NCBI GenBank assembly: GCA_963831325.1
Contig: CAWHQA010000005.1
Coordinates: 7,493 to 71,492, forward strand
DNA: 64,000 nt
Direction of reading: 5' to 3'
Origin: an uncultured Actinomycetes bacterium
GTDB lineage: Bacteria; Actinomycetota; UBA4738; HRBIN12
Positions 38,332 through 48,350 of this stretch are shown here, piece after piece. Made by a program: the position numbers and the translations under genes. The first letter of the stretch is position 1. Each line of letters begins with the position of its first letter. The notes under the pieces are model-generated. The model was not told where the DNA came from. It did no database searches and saw only the letters and a list, made by a program, of their open reading frames with translations.

Positions 38332-39495
38332 ATGAGTCGCGCCGCGACGTCTCCGCGTCGTCCTGCTCGTGCCGAGGTGGTCGGGTCGCTCCTGCGACCG
38401 CGCGACTTGCGGGCAGCCATCGACCGCTTCTACGAGCCGGGGCACTCGGCCGCGCTCGACGAAGAACGTGAGCGGGATCGCAGCGAGCTGACGCAGATCG
38501 AGGACGAGGCGATCCGCGAGGCGGTGCGCAAGCAGCGCGATCGCGGGCTCGACGTGATCACCGATGGCGAGTTCAGGCGGTGGATGTTCATGAACTCGTT
38601 CTACGACGCGGTCAGCGGCGTCCGCACCGGCAAGACCGTGGCGTTCCGCAACGACCGTGGGGACGACGTGGAGCTCGCGGTCCACGAGATCGTCGCCCCA
38701 CTCGAGCAGGTCGACTCCCCGGGCGCTCGAGAGGCAGCCTTCATGCGAGAGCTCGCCGGCGACATGCCGTTCAAGGTGACGTTCCCGGCCGCGTCCATCT
38801 TCGCTCACCCGTTCACGACGGTGGAAGGCGCGTACGGTTCGGTGGCGGACTTCGTCGATGCCGCGGTCGCGATCGAACGACGACTCGTTGCCGACGCCGT
38901 CGCAGCAGGAGCCGGGTACATCCAGTTCGATTTCCCTCTCTATCCGTATCTGTGCGACACCGTCTGGATCGAGCGGTTCACGGCAGCCGGACACGATGTC
39001 GACGCCTTGGTGGATACCGCAGTCGCCGCCGACGCGGCAGTGCTGGAGGGTATGCCCGATGACGTCACCGTCGGCCTGCACATCTGCCGTGGGAACTTCC
39101 GCTCGTCGTGGATGTGCGAGGGCTCGCTCGAGCCGGTCGCCGAGCGCGTCTTCGGTGAGCTGCCCTACGACTCGTTCCTCGTCGAGTGGGACGATGAGGG
39201 ACGCGACGGCGGCTACGCGCCTGTTCGGTTCCTGCGCGACGGCTCGACGATGGTGATGGGTCTCATCTCGACCAAGATGCCCATCATCGAGGACGAGGGC
39301 GACCTACTTCGAAGAATGGAAGAGGCGGCATCGATCGCCGGCGGCATGGACCGGCTGGCGATCAGCCCTCAGTGCGGATTCGCCTCGACCATGGTCGGCA
39401 ACGAAACCAACGAGGAGGCCCAGTGGAGAAAGCTCGAACTAGTTGGACGTATCTCGGACCGTCTCTGGGGCGCGGTCGCAGGGCGCCGAGCTTGA
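38332..39495 (+). CDS. Cobalamin-independent methionine synthase-like (MetE C-terminal domain / Meth_synt_2 family) protein
   Basis: The protein is 387 aa. Sequence includes EVVGSLLRP, VITDGEFRR, and the Zn-ligand motifs GLHICRGN and ISPQCGF. Confidence 0.8.
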   Translation: MSRAATSPRRPARAEVVGSLLRPRDLRAAIDRFYEPGHSAALDEERERDRSELTQIEDEAIREAVRKQRDRGLDVITDGEFRRWMFMNSFYDAVSGVRTGKTVAFRNDRGDDVELAVHEIVAPLEQVDSPGAREAAFMRELAGDMPFKVTFPAASIFAHPFTTVEGAYGSVADFVDAAVAIERRLVADAVAAGAGYIQFDFPLYPYLCDTVWIERFTAAGHDVDALVDTAVAADAAVLEGMPDDVTVGLHICRGNFRSSWMCEGSLEPVAERVFGELPYDSFLVEWDDEGRDGGYAPVRFLRDGSTMVMGLISTKMPIIEDEGDLLRRMEEAASIAGGMDRLAISPQCGFASTMVGNETNEEAQWRKLELVGRISDRLWGAVAGRRA

Positions 39496-39596
39496 CCTCG
39501 AACGCATGTTCGGACATGCCTCGCGCGTGGACACGTTGGACGGACGTAGAGCAACGAGGGTGAGGCGAAGATTCAGGTCTCAGAGGTTCGCGTGCG

Positions 39597-40438
39597 GTGG
39601 CTGCGGCCAAGTCGATCGCGTCAGCGCTTGACCTGACAGTCGACGACGCGGTCGTCCTTCACGACTCGAACAAGCTCGCACTCCGCCTGCTGCCTTGTGA
39701 CGTCCTTGCCCGAGTCGCACATGTCGGGCAGGAGGTCGCACAGTTCGAGGTCGAGCTTGCTCAACGGCTCGCCGAAACCGAGAGCCCGGTGGCTGCTCTG
39801 GAGCCGCGAGTGGAGCCGCGCGCCTACGAGCGTGACGGCTTCGTGGTCACGCTGTGGACCTACTACGAATCGGTTGCACCTCCCGAGGTCTCACCAGCCG
39901 ACTACGCAAATGCGCTCGAGCGGCTGCATGCCGGCATGCGGACACTCGATATCAGTGCGCCGCACTTCACGGATCGAGTCGCGGAGGCTCAACAGCTCGT
40001 TGCGAGCCGCGACCGCACTCCGGCGCTCGCCGACGCGGACCGGGAGCTTCTCAGCAACACGTTGCGAAGCCTGAGACGAGCGATCGAGGACGCGGCGCCG
40101 CCGAGCAGCTGCTGCACGGCGAGCCGCATCCGGGCAACGTGCTCAGCACGAAGAACGGGTTGCGGTTCATCGACCTCGAGACGTGTTGCCGTGGGCCTGT
40201 CGAATTCGACCTCGCCCATGTGCCCGAAGAGGTCAGCGAGCGCTATCCGGACGCTGATCAAGAACTGCTCCGCGAGTGCCGGATCCTCGTTCTCGCGATG
40301 GTCGCAGCGTGGCGCTGGGATCCAGGCGACCAGCTCCCGAACGGGCAACGAGCCGCGCGAGAACTCCTCCGCGCCCTGCGCGAGGGTCCACCGTGGCCGG
40401 CGCTCGACGTCGTGATGCGCCGACTCGAAGATCCGTAG
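39597..40438 (+). pseudogene. Aminoglycoside/choline-kinase-fold phosphotransferase (APH family), one frameshift near 40095
   Basis: The N-terminal lobe is in ORF 39597..40415. The catalytic part is in the frame of ORF 39854..40438, reading LLHGEPHPGNVLSTKNGLRFIDLETCCRGPVEFDLA (an HGDxHxxN-like motif plus DxE). Confidence 0.7.
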
Positions 40439-40458
40439 GCTCCTGCCACATCGGAGTC

Positions 40459-40746
40459 CCCCTCTATCCGTACGCCGTGCGATCCGGTCTGGATCGAGCG
40501 GTTCACGGCCTCCGGACACGATGTCGACGCCCTGGTGGAAGTTGCAGTCGCTACCGAGGCGGCAGTGCTGGCGGGTATCCCCGATGACGTCACCGTCGGC
40601 CTGCGCAGCTGCCGTAGGAACTTCGGCTCGCGATCAGCCCCCAGTGCGGGTTCGCGAGCGTGGTGCTCGGCAACGAGACCAACGAGAGCGCCCAGTGGAG
40701 CAAGCTCGAGATGGTGGGCCGGGTGGCCGATCGACTCTGGGGCTAG
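40459..40746 (+). pseudogene. Degraded, internally deleted copy of the 3' half of the MetE-like gene
   Basis: 40459-40630 aligns to 38935-39095, and 40630-40743 aligns to 39359-39470, at roughly 80-85% nucleotide identity by eye. About 263 bp are missing in between. The frame is broken, and the fragment ends LWG-TAG. Confidence 0.75.
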
Positions 40747-40772
40747 GACCTCATGGGCTACGCTGCTGAGGC

Positions 40773-42707
40773 GTGGCTCACGAAAGCGTCCGTTCCTCCA
40801 GTGCCTCCGGCCATGTCCAGGCGCTCGATGGCCTGCGAGGCGTCGCTGTTCTCCTCGTCTTCGGGTTCCACCTTGGGGTGACGGGGTTCGGCGGCGGGTA
40901 CCTGGGAGTCGACGTCTTCTTCGTGCTCTCCGGGTTCCTGATCACGACCCTGCTCATCGACGAGATGCAGGAGACCGGCGGGATCCGGGTGGCGTCGTTC
41001 TGGGCTCGCCGGGCGCGCCGCCTACTCCCGGCGCTGGTGCTGCTGCTCCTGGCGGTGGCCATCGCCACCTGGCTCTTCGCGACCTTCTGGGAGCGCGCGT
41101 CGCTGCGCGGGGATCTGCTCTGGGCGACAGGCTACCTAGCGAACTGGCACTTCATCGCGACCAGCAACTACTTCGTCGCAACCGGGGTCGAGAGTCCGCT
41201 TCAACACACCTGGTCCCTGGCGATCGAGGAGCAGTTCTATCTGCTGTGGCCGCTCCTGCTCACCGGGCTCGTCGCCGTCGTCGGCAGAGGCCGCCGCGTG
41301 GCAGCGGGTGTCATCGCCGCGGTCGGCGTGGTCGCTTCCGCGGGGCTGCTCGCGATCCTCTGGACCCCCGAGAGCGTCGAGCGAGCGTACATGGGCACGG
41401 ATGCGCGGGTGTTCGAGCCGCTTGTCGGCGCGCTCGGCGCCGTCGCGGTCGCGGATCCACGTGTCAGGGTGCGCATCGAGCAGGTGAGCTCGCTGCTCCT
41501 GACCGTCGGCGTCCTCGGACTCGCCGCCGGGGCCATCCTGATCCGTCCCGAGACTTCGGCCTACTACCGGGGTGGAGCGCTCGGGGTCTCGGTGGCAACC
41601 GTCATGATCGTGGCGCCACTGTGGCTTGGCCGCGGAGGCAGGATGGAGCGCGTCATGGCATGGGGTCCTCTCGCCTGGCTCGGGGTCGTCTCCTACGGCG
41701 TGTACCTCTGGCATTGGCCCCTCATCATCTGGTCGGGCGCTCGCGAAGCGCGAGGGTTCGATGCAGTGATCCGGGCAGCGGCCGTCGTAGTCCTCACCGT
41801 CGGGGTCGCGGCCCTCTCGTATTACGCCGTCGAGCGACCCATCCGCACCGGGCGTCGCTGGGGACGGCACGTGCCCGCTGCAGAGAGGAGGCGTCTGCGA
41901 TGGGTGCTGGGCGCCGTGCCGATCGCGCTGTTGGCGGTCGCCGGCATCTCCGTTGCAGCGACACACGTGCCGGCGCCGGCGCCCGGCACCCCGGTGATCA
42001 TGCTCGCGGGTGACTCGGTGCCGCTGCACCTCACGTCCGCGATGGATCGCGAGGCGGTCGAACGCGGATGGCGGGTCGTGTCGACGGCGTTCGGCAGCTG
42101 TCCGGTCACCGGTGAGGTCGTGGCGAACCGAGCGGGCGAGCCCGTGCACAGGGCCAACGAATGCGAGTCGACGATCGTGCAGGCCCAGACCGAGACGATC
42201 GACAGCGCCGATCCCGACATCGTGGTGTGGTGGGACCGCTGGTCGATATCGAGCTTCCTCACATCCGCAGACGAGTACGTGCGCTCGGGAACGGCGCGTT
42301 ACTGGCACCTGCGGCGATCGACGCTCGACGACGCGGTGACGCGCCTCGTTCGCGGCGGCGCGACCGTCGTCTTCGTTGCGACGGAGCCTCCCGGTCAGGC
42401 GGTGCTCGGGCGATGCACGAACGAGCGCTGCGACGAATGGGTGCGGTTCCAGATCGATCACTACGACGACATCACTGCACGGTGGAACGCCATGTTGGGT
42501 CGATACGCTCGACGCCATCCAGACCAGGCGGTGTTCGTGAGCATCACCGACATGATCTGCCCGGCGGACGAGGCTCCGTGCGACGATCGGATCGACGGTG
42601 TGGCAGCCCGGCCCGACGGGACCCATTACGAGGGCGAGGGTGAGCAGATGATCGTGAGCGCGCTCGCCTCGACGATCGCGTCACTGCTCGATGGGTATCG
42701 AGCGTGA
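40773..42707 (+). CDS. Acyltransferase-3 family membrane protein with C-terminal SGNH-like domain (OafA/OatA-like)
   Basis: The 644-aa ORF is intact. Sequence includes LDGLRGVAVLLVFGFHL, VDVFFVLSGFLIT and HTWSLAIEEQFYLLWP. About 10 TM segments are followed by a soluble domain starting VIMLAGDSVP. Confidence 0.85.
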   Translation: MAHESVRSSSASGHVQALDGLRGVAVLLVFGFHLGVTGFGGGYLGVDVFFVLSGFLITTLLIDEMQETGGIRVASFWARRARRLLPALVLLLLAVAIATWLFATFWERASLRGDLLWATGYLANWHFIATSNYFVATGVESPLQHTWSLAIEEQFYLLWPLLLTGLVAVVGRGRRVAAGVIAAVGVVASAGLLAILWTPESVERAYMGTDARVFEPLVGALGAVAVADPRVRVRIEQVSSLLLTVGVLGLAAGAILIRPETSAYYRGGALGVSVATVMIVAPLWLGRGGRMERVMAWGPLAWLGVVSYGVYLWHWPLIIWSGAREARGFDAVIRAAAVVVLTVGVAALSYYAVERPIRTGRRWGRHVPAAERRRLRWVLGAVPIALLAVAGISVAATHVPAPAPGTPVIMLAGDSVPLHLTSAMDREAVERGWRVVSTAFGSCPVTGEVVANRAGEPVHRANECESTIVQAQTETIDSADPDIVVWWDRWSISSFLTSADEYVRSGTARYWHLRRSTLDDAVTRLVRGGATVVFVATEPPGQAVLGRCTNERCDEWVRFQIDHYDDITARWNAMLGRYARRHPDQAVFVSITDMICPADEAPCDDRIDGVAARPDGTHYEGEGEQMIVSALASTIASLLDGYRA

Positions 42708-43405
42708 CCAACAGCGTTCCTCGTCGCGTGTTGGTGCTGAAGCCACACGAGCTTGCGGAGCCGGGGCTGGTTGGGGAAGCCCTGCGTCGACGCGGAGTCG
42801 AGCTCGTCGAGCATGTGCTGGCAGATGAGGGCCCCGCGCCGATGCTCGACGGATCGGACGCGGTTGTCGTGATGGGAGCGCCATGGTCGGTTTACGGTGA
42901 CGAGGTGCGGCCGTGGATCGACGGGCTCATCGAGCGGTTGCGGCAGGCGGTGGCCATCGATGTGCCCGTGCTCGGCGTCTGCTTCGGCGCTCAGGCCTTC
43001 GCGGAGGCCAACGGCGGATGGGTCGCGCGTGCGCGAGACACCGAGGTGGGACTGCACGACGTTGAGACGGATGACCCTCACCGGGTGCCACCAGGGCCGT
43101 GGTTCATGTGGCACGGCGACACGTTCGGTCCGCCCGAGGGCGCGAGTGTGATCGCCCGAACAGCGGCGGGCCCGCAAGCCTACGTCCTCGGTCCGCACCT
43201 GCTCGTGCAGTTCCACCCGGAAGCCACGGCCGGCATGGTCGAGGCGTGGCTCGCCCACGACGACGCCGATTTCCATCGTGCAGGCGTCGATCCCGAAGAG
43301 ACGGTGCGAACGATGCGAGCCGGCGAACGGCACGCACGCGAACGCGCTGACGCGATCGTGGGCCGGTTCCTGGAGGGGATCCAGGCCAGGGTCGACGCCA
43401 GCTAG
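42704..43405 (+). CDS. Class I glutamine amidotransferase-like protein
   Basis: The protein is 233 aa and its GTG overlaps the upstream TGA. It has the nucleophile elbow VLGVCFGAQ and the His/Glu pair in VQFHPE. Confidence 0.8.
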   Translation: MTNSVPRRVLVLKPHELAEPGLVGEALRRRGVELVEHVLADEGPAPMLDGSDAVVVMGAPWSVYGDEVRPWIDGLIERLRQAVAIDVPVLGVCFGAQAFAEANGGWVARARDTEVGLHDVETDDPHRVPPGPWFMWHGDTFGPPEGASVIARTAAGPQAYVLGPHLLVQFHPEATAGMVEAWLAHDDADFHRAGVDPEETVRTMRAGERHARERADAIVGRFLEGIQARVDAS

Positions 43406-44409
43406 CACGCGAGCGGCAGCCGGTCGCGGGGCCACGCCCGCAGCGCATACAACTGAACCAAGCCGCCCGCGTCGATCGCCGGTGTGCCGTCATAGCTGCC
43501 GATGCCGCCCGCCGTGAACAGGCCTGCGTCGTCGCGGCCTTCGCGCCAGGCGCGCCGGAGGTAGGCGTCGAGCGCTGGTCGGAGCCCGTCGAACGGGAAC
43601 ATCGCGTCGAGCGCGAGCATGTTGCGGAACCACACCGCGTTGAACACGGGCGCGTGTCGCCACGTGCGATCGGCGCCGAACCGGCGGAGCGACGACGTCG
43701 CGGTCACTCGGGCACGCTCGAGCTCGGCCCCGTCGCCGGTCGCTTCGTGCAGCAGCAGGTGCGCACCGACCGGCGCCCCCTGGTTGTAGGTCCACAGCGC
43801 AGCGTCTACGCGCCCACGCGCGTCGACGTTGTCGCCGTAGAGCCCCCCACGTGTGCGCAGGGTGCGATCGAGCCAGTCGAGGGTTCGAGAGGCGAACTCG
43901 AGCGTCCCGCGGTCGCCGTCGACCAGGTGCAGGCGCAGGGCGAGCTGAGCCGCCGGCGCCGCCGAGCACGTGTGACGCGGTCGCCGGCCTTCGACCCAGC
44001 GCACGCCACCGTCGGGGTCCTGTCCCTCTCGCACGAACCGGAAGATCTTCCAGGCCCGACGGAGCCACCGAGGCTCACCGGTCTGCAGGTGCAGCTGCGC
44101 GAAACACAATCCGATCCACGCGTTGTCGTCGAAGTAGCGGCGGCGATCGCCGGGCGCCGGCAGGTACCCGTCGCCGGCCGCGTACGGCCGCAATCCGATC
44201 ACGAGCCGCTCGACCACGCCCACGTCACCGGTGAGCTCGGCGAGGTCGACCGCGGCCGCGAGCACCTGGCTGACCGGCCACACCGGCGCCAGCTTGCGTC
44301 CCGCTGGTCGTTCGCGGACGACCAGCGAACCTTGGTCGCCGGGGCGCAGGCACGCGACCGACAGTGCCTGCCAGGCCTCGAAGGCCCTCGTTGATTGGTC
44401 GACAGCCAC
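43402..44409 (-). CDS. Glycoside hydrolase family 76-like protein (alpha-1,6-mannanase fold)
   Basis: The protein is 335 aa. Sequence includes YFDDNAWIGLCF, TCSAAPAAQLALRL and WTYNQGAPVGA. Its stop overlaps the GATase stop in a shared CTAG (43402-43405). Confidence 0.65.
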   Translation of the reverse strand: MAVDQSTRAFEAWQALSVACLRPGDQGSLVVRERPAGRKLAPVWPVSQVLAAAVDLAELTGDVGVVERLVIGLRPYAAGDGYLPAPGDRRRYFDDNAWIGLCFAQLHLQTGEPRWLRRAWKIFRFVREGQDPDGGVRWVEGRRPRHTCSAAPAAQLALRLHLVDGDRGTLEFASRTLDWLDRTLRTRGGLYGDNVDARGRVDAALWTYNQGAPVGAHLLLHEATGDGAELERARVTATSSLRRFGADRTWRHAPVFNAVWFRNMLALDAMFPFDGLRPALDAYLRRAWREGRDDAGLFTAGGIGSYDGTPAIDAGGLVQLYALRAWPRDRLPLAC

Positions 44410-44415
44410 GAGCGC

Positions 44416-44784
44416 TCAGGAAGCGCGCTCGAACAGCTCGACCACGTTGCCCGACGGATCCTCGACGAGGATCTGCCGTCCGCCCGGTCCTTCCACGATC
44501 TCGTTGCGGAAGACCGCTCCGGCTGCCCCGAGCTGGGCGACAGTTGCGTCGAGATCTTCCACTTCGATCACAACACGGTTCCAGCCACCCGGTGCAGGCT
44601 CACGTCCGTCGGGCATGGCCCGAGCTGCCGATGACGTGGGTCCGGCGAGCCAGAGGTTGAGGTCACCGAGCCGCAGGATCGCTATCGCCGGTCCGTAGCG
44701 CTCAACCACCTCGAATCCCAACCGGTCTGCGTAGAACGAGGTCGCCTCACCCACGTCTGACACCAGGTATCGCATGGTGGCCAT
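44416..44784 (-). CDS. VOC / glyoxalase-family protein
   Basis: The protein is 122 aa. Sequence includes MRYLVSDVGEATSFYADRLGFEV...ILVEDPSGNVVELFE. Confidence 0.8.
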   Translation of the reverse strand: MATMRYLVSDVGEATSFYADRLGFEVVERYGPAIAILRLGDLNLWLAGPTSSAARAMPDGREPAPGGWNRVVIEVEDLDATVAQLGAAGAVFRNEIVEGPGGRQILVEDPSGNVVELFERAS

Positions 44785-44793
44785 CGGCAGACC

Positions 44794-45639
44794 TTAGTCC
44801 TTCCGTGGAGCACGCACGCCGCGGAATTCCCAGTCGCCGCCCATCGCGGTCGACAGCACTTCCTCGCTCTCGCTCGGCTGTGCGCCGACGTCGTCGCGCA
44901 CGGGCACCGACCCCTCCACGACGGTGTTGCGGAGCACGCCGAGCCCTTCGACTTCCACCTCGACGACGTCGCCGGGCTGCGCCGGGCGTGAGCTCGCCGG
45001 TGTGCCCGACAAGATCACGTCGCCAGGCTCGAGCGTGATCGTGCGCGCGATGTCGGCGACCAGGTACCGCATGTCCCAGATCATCTCGTCGGTGTTCCCG
45101 CTCTGCGCGATCGCGCCGTTCACGCGTGTCTCGATGTGCTTGCCGTGGAAGTCCCAGTCGGTCACCACTCCCGGCCCGAGCGGACACAGCGTGTCGGAGC
45201 CCTTCACGCGCAGCATCGACCCGGCGTCGGTGTCGCGGAAGTCGTGCAGTCCGTAGTCGTTGCCGATCGTGTATCCCTCGATGTACGCGTCGGCTTCGTC
45301 GGGCGCGATGTGGCGACAACGCTCGCCGATCACGATGGCGATCTCGCCCTCGAAGTTCAGGTAGCGGCACCGCGGCGGGCGCACGATCTCGCCGCCGTGC
45401 GCGTTCAGCGACGAGATCGGCTTGTGGAAGTACGTCGGCGCCGCTCCGAGCGTCGCCTGGAACTCCGCCCGGCGGCTCTCGTAGTTCAGATGCACGCAGA
45501 CGACCTTCGTCGGCACCGAGGGCGGCAGATGGATCGGGTCGTCGAGCGGCATGGTGCGGCCGTCCGGAGCGACGAGCTCGTCGCCCTCGCGTACGACCGT
45601 GGTCGCCATGCCGTCGAGCAGGATGCGCCTCGTCTCCAT
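44794..45639 (-). CDS. Fumarylacetoacetate hydrolase family protein (HpaG-like isomerase/decarboxylase)
   Basis: The start is taken at METRRILLDG. Sequence includes KVVCVHLNYESR, NFEGEIAIVIG, IGNDYGLHDFR and GDVILSGTP. Confidence 0.85.
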   Translation of the reverse strand: METRRILLDGMATTVVREGDELVAPDGRTMPLDDPIHLPPSVPTKVVCVHLNYESRRAEFQATLGAAPTYFHKPISSLNAHGGEIVRPPRCRYLNFEGEIAIVIGERCRHIAPDEADAYIEGYTIGNDYGLHDFRDTDAGSMLRVKGSDTLCPLGPGVVTDWDFHGKHIETRVNGAIAQSGNTDEMIWDMRYLVADIARTITLEPGDVILSGTPASSRPAQPGDVVEVEVEGLGVLRNTVVEGSVPVRDDVGAQPSESEEVLSTAMGGDWEFRGVRAPRKD

Positions 45640-45685
45640 CGCGACGCAGCGTACGATAGGCGCCGTGTCGGAGCTGGGGGGATTC

Positions 45686-46468
45686 ATGCTGCCGCGCACG
45701 CCGCAAGGGCGCGCGTCGATCGTGCCGAGCCCACCGTGGCACTACTCCGGCGACGTGCTCACGATCGAATACCGGACCGACCCCACGAACGTCGAGGCCC
45801 TGTTGCCGCCGGGCGTCGGCCTCGCGGACGACGATCCCGGGGCGGTTGCGATCATCTGGGCCGATTGGCAGTCGTGCTCGGACTCGAGGCAGGAGCTGCT
45901 CGACCCGGTGCGCTCCCAGTACAAGGAAGCCTTCGTCGTCGTGCGGTGCGCCCACGCCGGCGAGATGTACTCGCGGTGCGTGTACATCTGGGTCGACAAG
46001 GACTTCGCGCTCGCCCGTGGTTGGTACCAGGGCTATCCGAAGAAGCTCGGGCAGATCTGGATGACGCGTCCCGTTACGGTCGGCAGAGCCGGCCCGAGGC
46101 TCGAGCCCGGCGGCACGTTCGGCGCCACGCTCGCCGCGAACGACCGGCGCCTCGCCGACGTGACGCTCACGCTGACGGGTGAGAGCGAGACCGGCGGATT
46201 CGTGAACGCGCTGCCGATGCTGCACACACGGTTCATGCCGAACATCGATCCGTCGCTGCCGGCCTCGCTCGACGAGCTCGTCACGATGCGATCGCGCGAC
46301 GTCGACCTCGGCCCGGTGTACGAAGGTGAGGCCACGGTGGCCTTGCACGAGGCGCCTGCCGAGGAGCTCGCGAGTCTCGAGCCCATCGAGATGATCGCGG
46401 GCTACTGGCGTCAGGTCGGCGCGACGTTCGTCGGCGGTTCTTCCGTCGCGACGCGCCGGTCAGGCTGA
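45686..46468 (+). CDS. Acetoacetate decarboxylase (ADC) family protein
   Basis: ATG 45686 follows a G-rich RBS. The N-terminal signature PPWHYSGDVLTIEYRTDPTNVEALLPPGV fits ADC-family proteins. It is divergent from the FAH gene. Confidence 0.7.
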   Translation: MLPRTPQGRASIVPSPPWHYSGDVLTIEYRTDPTNVEALLPPGVGLADDDPGAVAIIWADWQSCSDSRQELLDPVRSQYKEAFVVVRCAHAGEMYSRCVYIWVDKDFALARGWYQGYPKKLGQIWMTRPVTVGRAGPRLEPGGTFGATLAANDRRLADVTLTLTGESETGGFVNALPMLHTRFMPNIDPSLPASLDELVTMRSRDVDLGPVYEGEATVALHEAPAEELASLEPIEMIAGYWRQVGATFVGGSSVATRRSG

Positions 46469-46536
46469 TCGCCTGCTCGTCTCGGGACCGGTGAACCCGG
46501 GGTAGGCTCTGCGCGGAATAACCCGGAGGACGTGTC

Positions 46537-48350
46537 GTGAACGATCGCCAACGAAGGCTGTTTTCGCAGGTCGCTGCCGTCGTGGTCGGCGTCGTGTTGA
46601 TCCTCTACTTCCGAGGCACGTTCTCCGGCGGTGACGACGACGGCACGGCGTCACAACCGCTCGGACCACGGGGCGACTGCGTAGAGCTCGCGGTGACCGC
46701 CTCCTCGGAGAAGGCCGCATTGCTCGGTGAGATCGCCGCCGACTACAACGACGCTGATCCGCAAACCGGCGGCAAGTGCGTGAACGTCGTCGTCACGTCG
46801 AAGTCCTCGGGCGCCACGATGGACGCGCTGTCGAGGGGATGGGACGAGGGCGTCGACGGTCCGCGGCCCGACGTGTGGTCGCCCGCCGCCTCCTCATGGG
46901 TGGTGCTGCTGCGCCAACGCACCGCGGCCGCGGATCGTCCCGATCTGGTGCCCGACGAGTACGAGAACGTGGCATGGAGCCCGCTCGTGATGGCGATGCC
47001 GCAGCCGATGGCCGAGGTCGCTCGGTTGGCCCAAGGCGCAGATCGGCTGGAGGACCTGTTCGACCTGGCGCAGGACCCCGCAGGGTGGGGCGCCTACGGG
47101 CACCCGGAGTGGGGGGCGTTCAAGCTCGGGCAAGACGAACCCGAACTTCTCGACCTCTGGCCTCCACGCCCTCGTCGGGATCGTACTTCGCCGCGACCGG
47201 GCTCTCGAGCGATCTCTCGATCGCTCGCATCGAGGAGCCCGAAGGTGCAGGATTTCGTCCGAGGTGTGGAGTCCTCGGTCGTGCACTACGGCGACATCTC
47301 GCTCACGTTCCTCGCGAACCTGCAGCGGGCCGACGACCGCGGCGAAGGACTCACCTACATCTCGGCGGTGACGGTCGAGGAGAAGTCGGTCTGGGACTAC
47401 AACCAGGGCAACCCGGAGGGCGATCCGGAGACCCTCGGCGAGCACCCGCCGCCATCGGTCCCGCTCGTCGCGATCTACCCCGAGGAGGGAACGCTCGTCT
47501 CAGACCATCCGTTCGTGCCGCTCGACCGCGCCATGGGTCGATGATACGCAACGTGCTGCGGCGCAGGGGTTCCTCGAGTACCTGCAGGCCGACGAGCAGC
47601 AGCAACGGTTCACGGAGTTCGCCTTCCGGCGATACGACAGCCACACCCGGACCGCTCATCACGCAAGCCAACGGGTTGCTGCCCCAACAGCCGAACCTCA
47701 CTCTCGACCCGCCTGCCCCCGATGTGCTCGATCGCATCCAGCGTTCGTGGGAGGACGTCCGCAAGAGGGCTCGCGTGCTGATCTGTGATCGACGTCTCCG
47801 GGTCGATGGGCGAGGCGGTCGAGGAGGCTGGCGCGTCCAAGCTGGAGCTCGCCAAGGAAGCCGCGATCGCCTCGCTCGATCTGTTCGCACCCGACGATGA
47901 CGTCGGGTCTCTGGGTCTTCACGACCGATCTCGGTGGCCCGGGCGCCGCCGACGTAGCGGAACTGATCCCGATCGGTCCCCTCGAGTCGAACGTCGGCGC
48001 GATCCGTCGCGAGATCCGAGGGCTCACGCCGCTGAATGGGACGCCGCTCTACACCGCGGTCGAGGATGCCGTCGACCGAGATGCGAGCGGGTCTCGACGC
48101 CGATCGCATCAACGGCGTGGTCGTGCTCAGCGACGGCCGCAACGAGGATCCGCGCAACAACGATCTCAACGGGTTGTTGCGCGAGCTCGATTCGGAGCTC
48201 AACGTGCGCGTGTTCCCGATCGCGTACGGCGCGGACGCCGACCTCGGTACCCTCACGCAGATCGCCGAGGCGTCGCGGGCCGCCGTCTACGACGCCTCCG
48301 ACCCCTCGACGATCGACAAGGTGTTCGTCTCGGTCATCTCGAACTTCTGA
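46537..48350 (+). pseudogene. Substrate-binding-domain plus von Willebrand A domain protein, membrane anchored; about 8 frameshifts
   Basis: GTG 46537 follows GGAGGA. An N-terminal TM segment (AAVVVGVVLILYF) and an SBP-like region come first. The vWA MIDAS motif VIDVSGSMG and the tail ...LNGTPLY...VVVLSDGRNED...FPIAYGADAD follow. The pieces alternate among all three frames, with changes near 47133, 47180, 47248, 47540, 47640, 47783, 47905 and 48075. Confidence 0.75.

Noticed and set aside
40535-42013. A 492-aa plus-strand ORF starting inside the MetE-like relic
   Set aside because: It is out of frame with the well-supported acyltransferase gene (40773-42707), and it is Arg/Gly/Pro-rich junk after the first about 30 residues.
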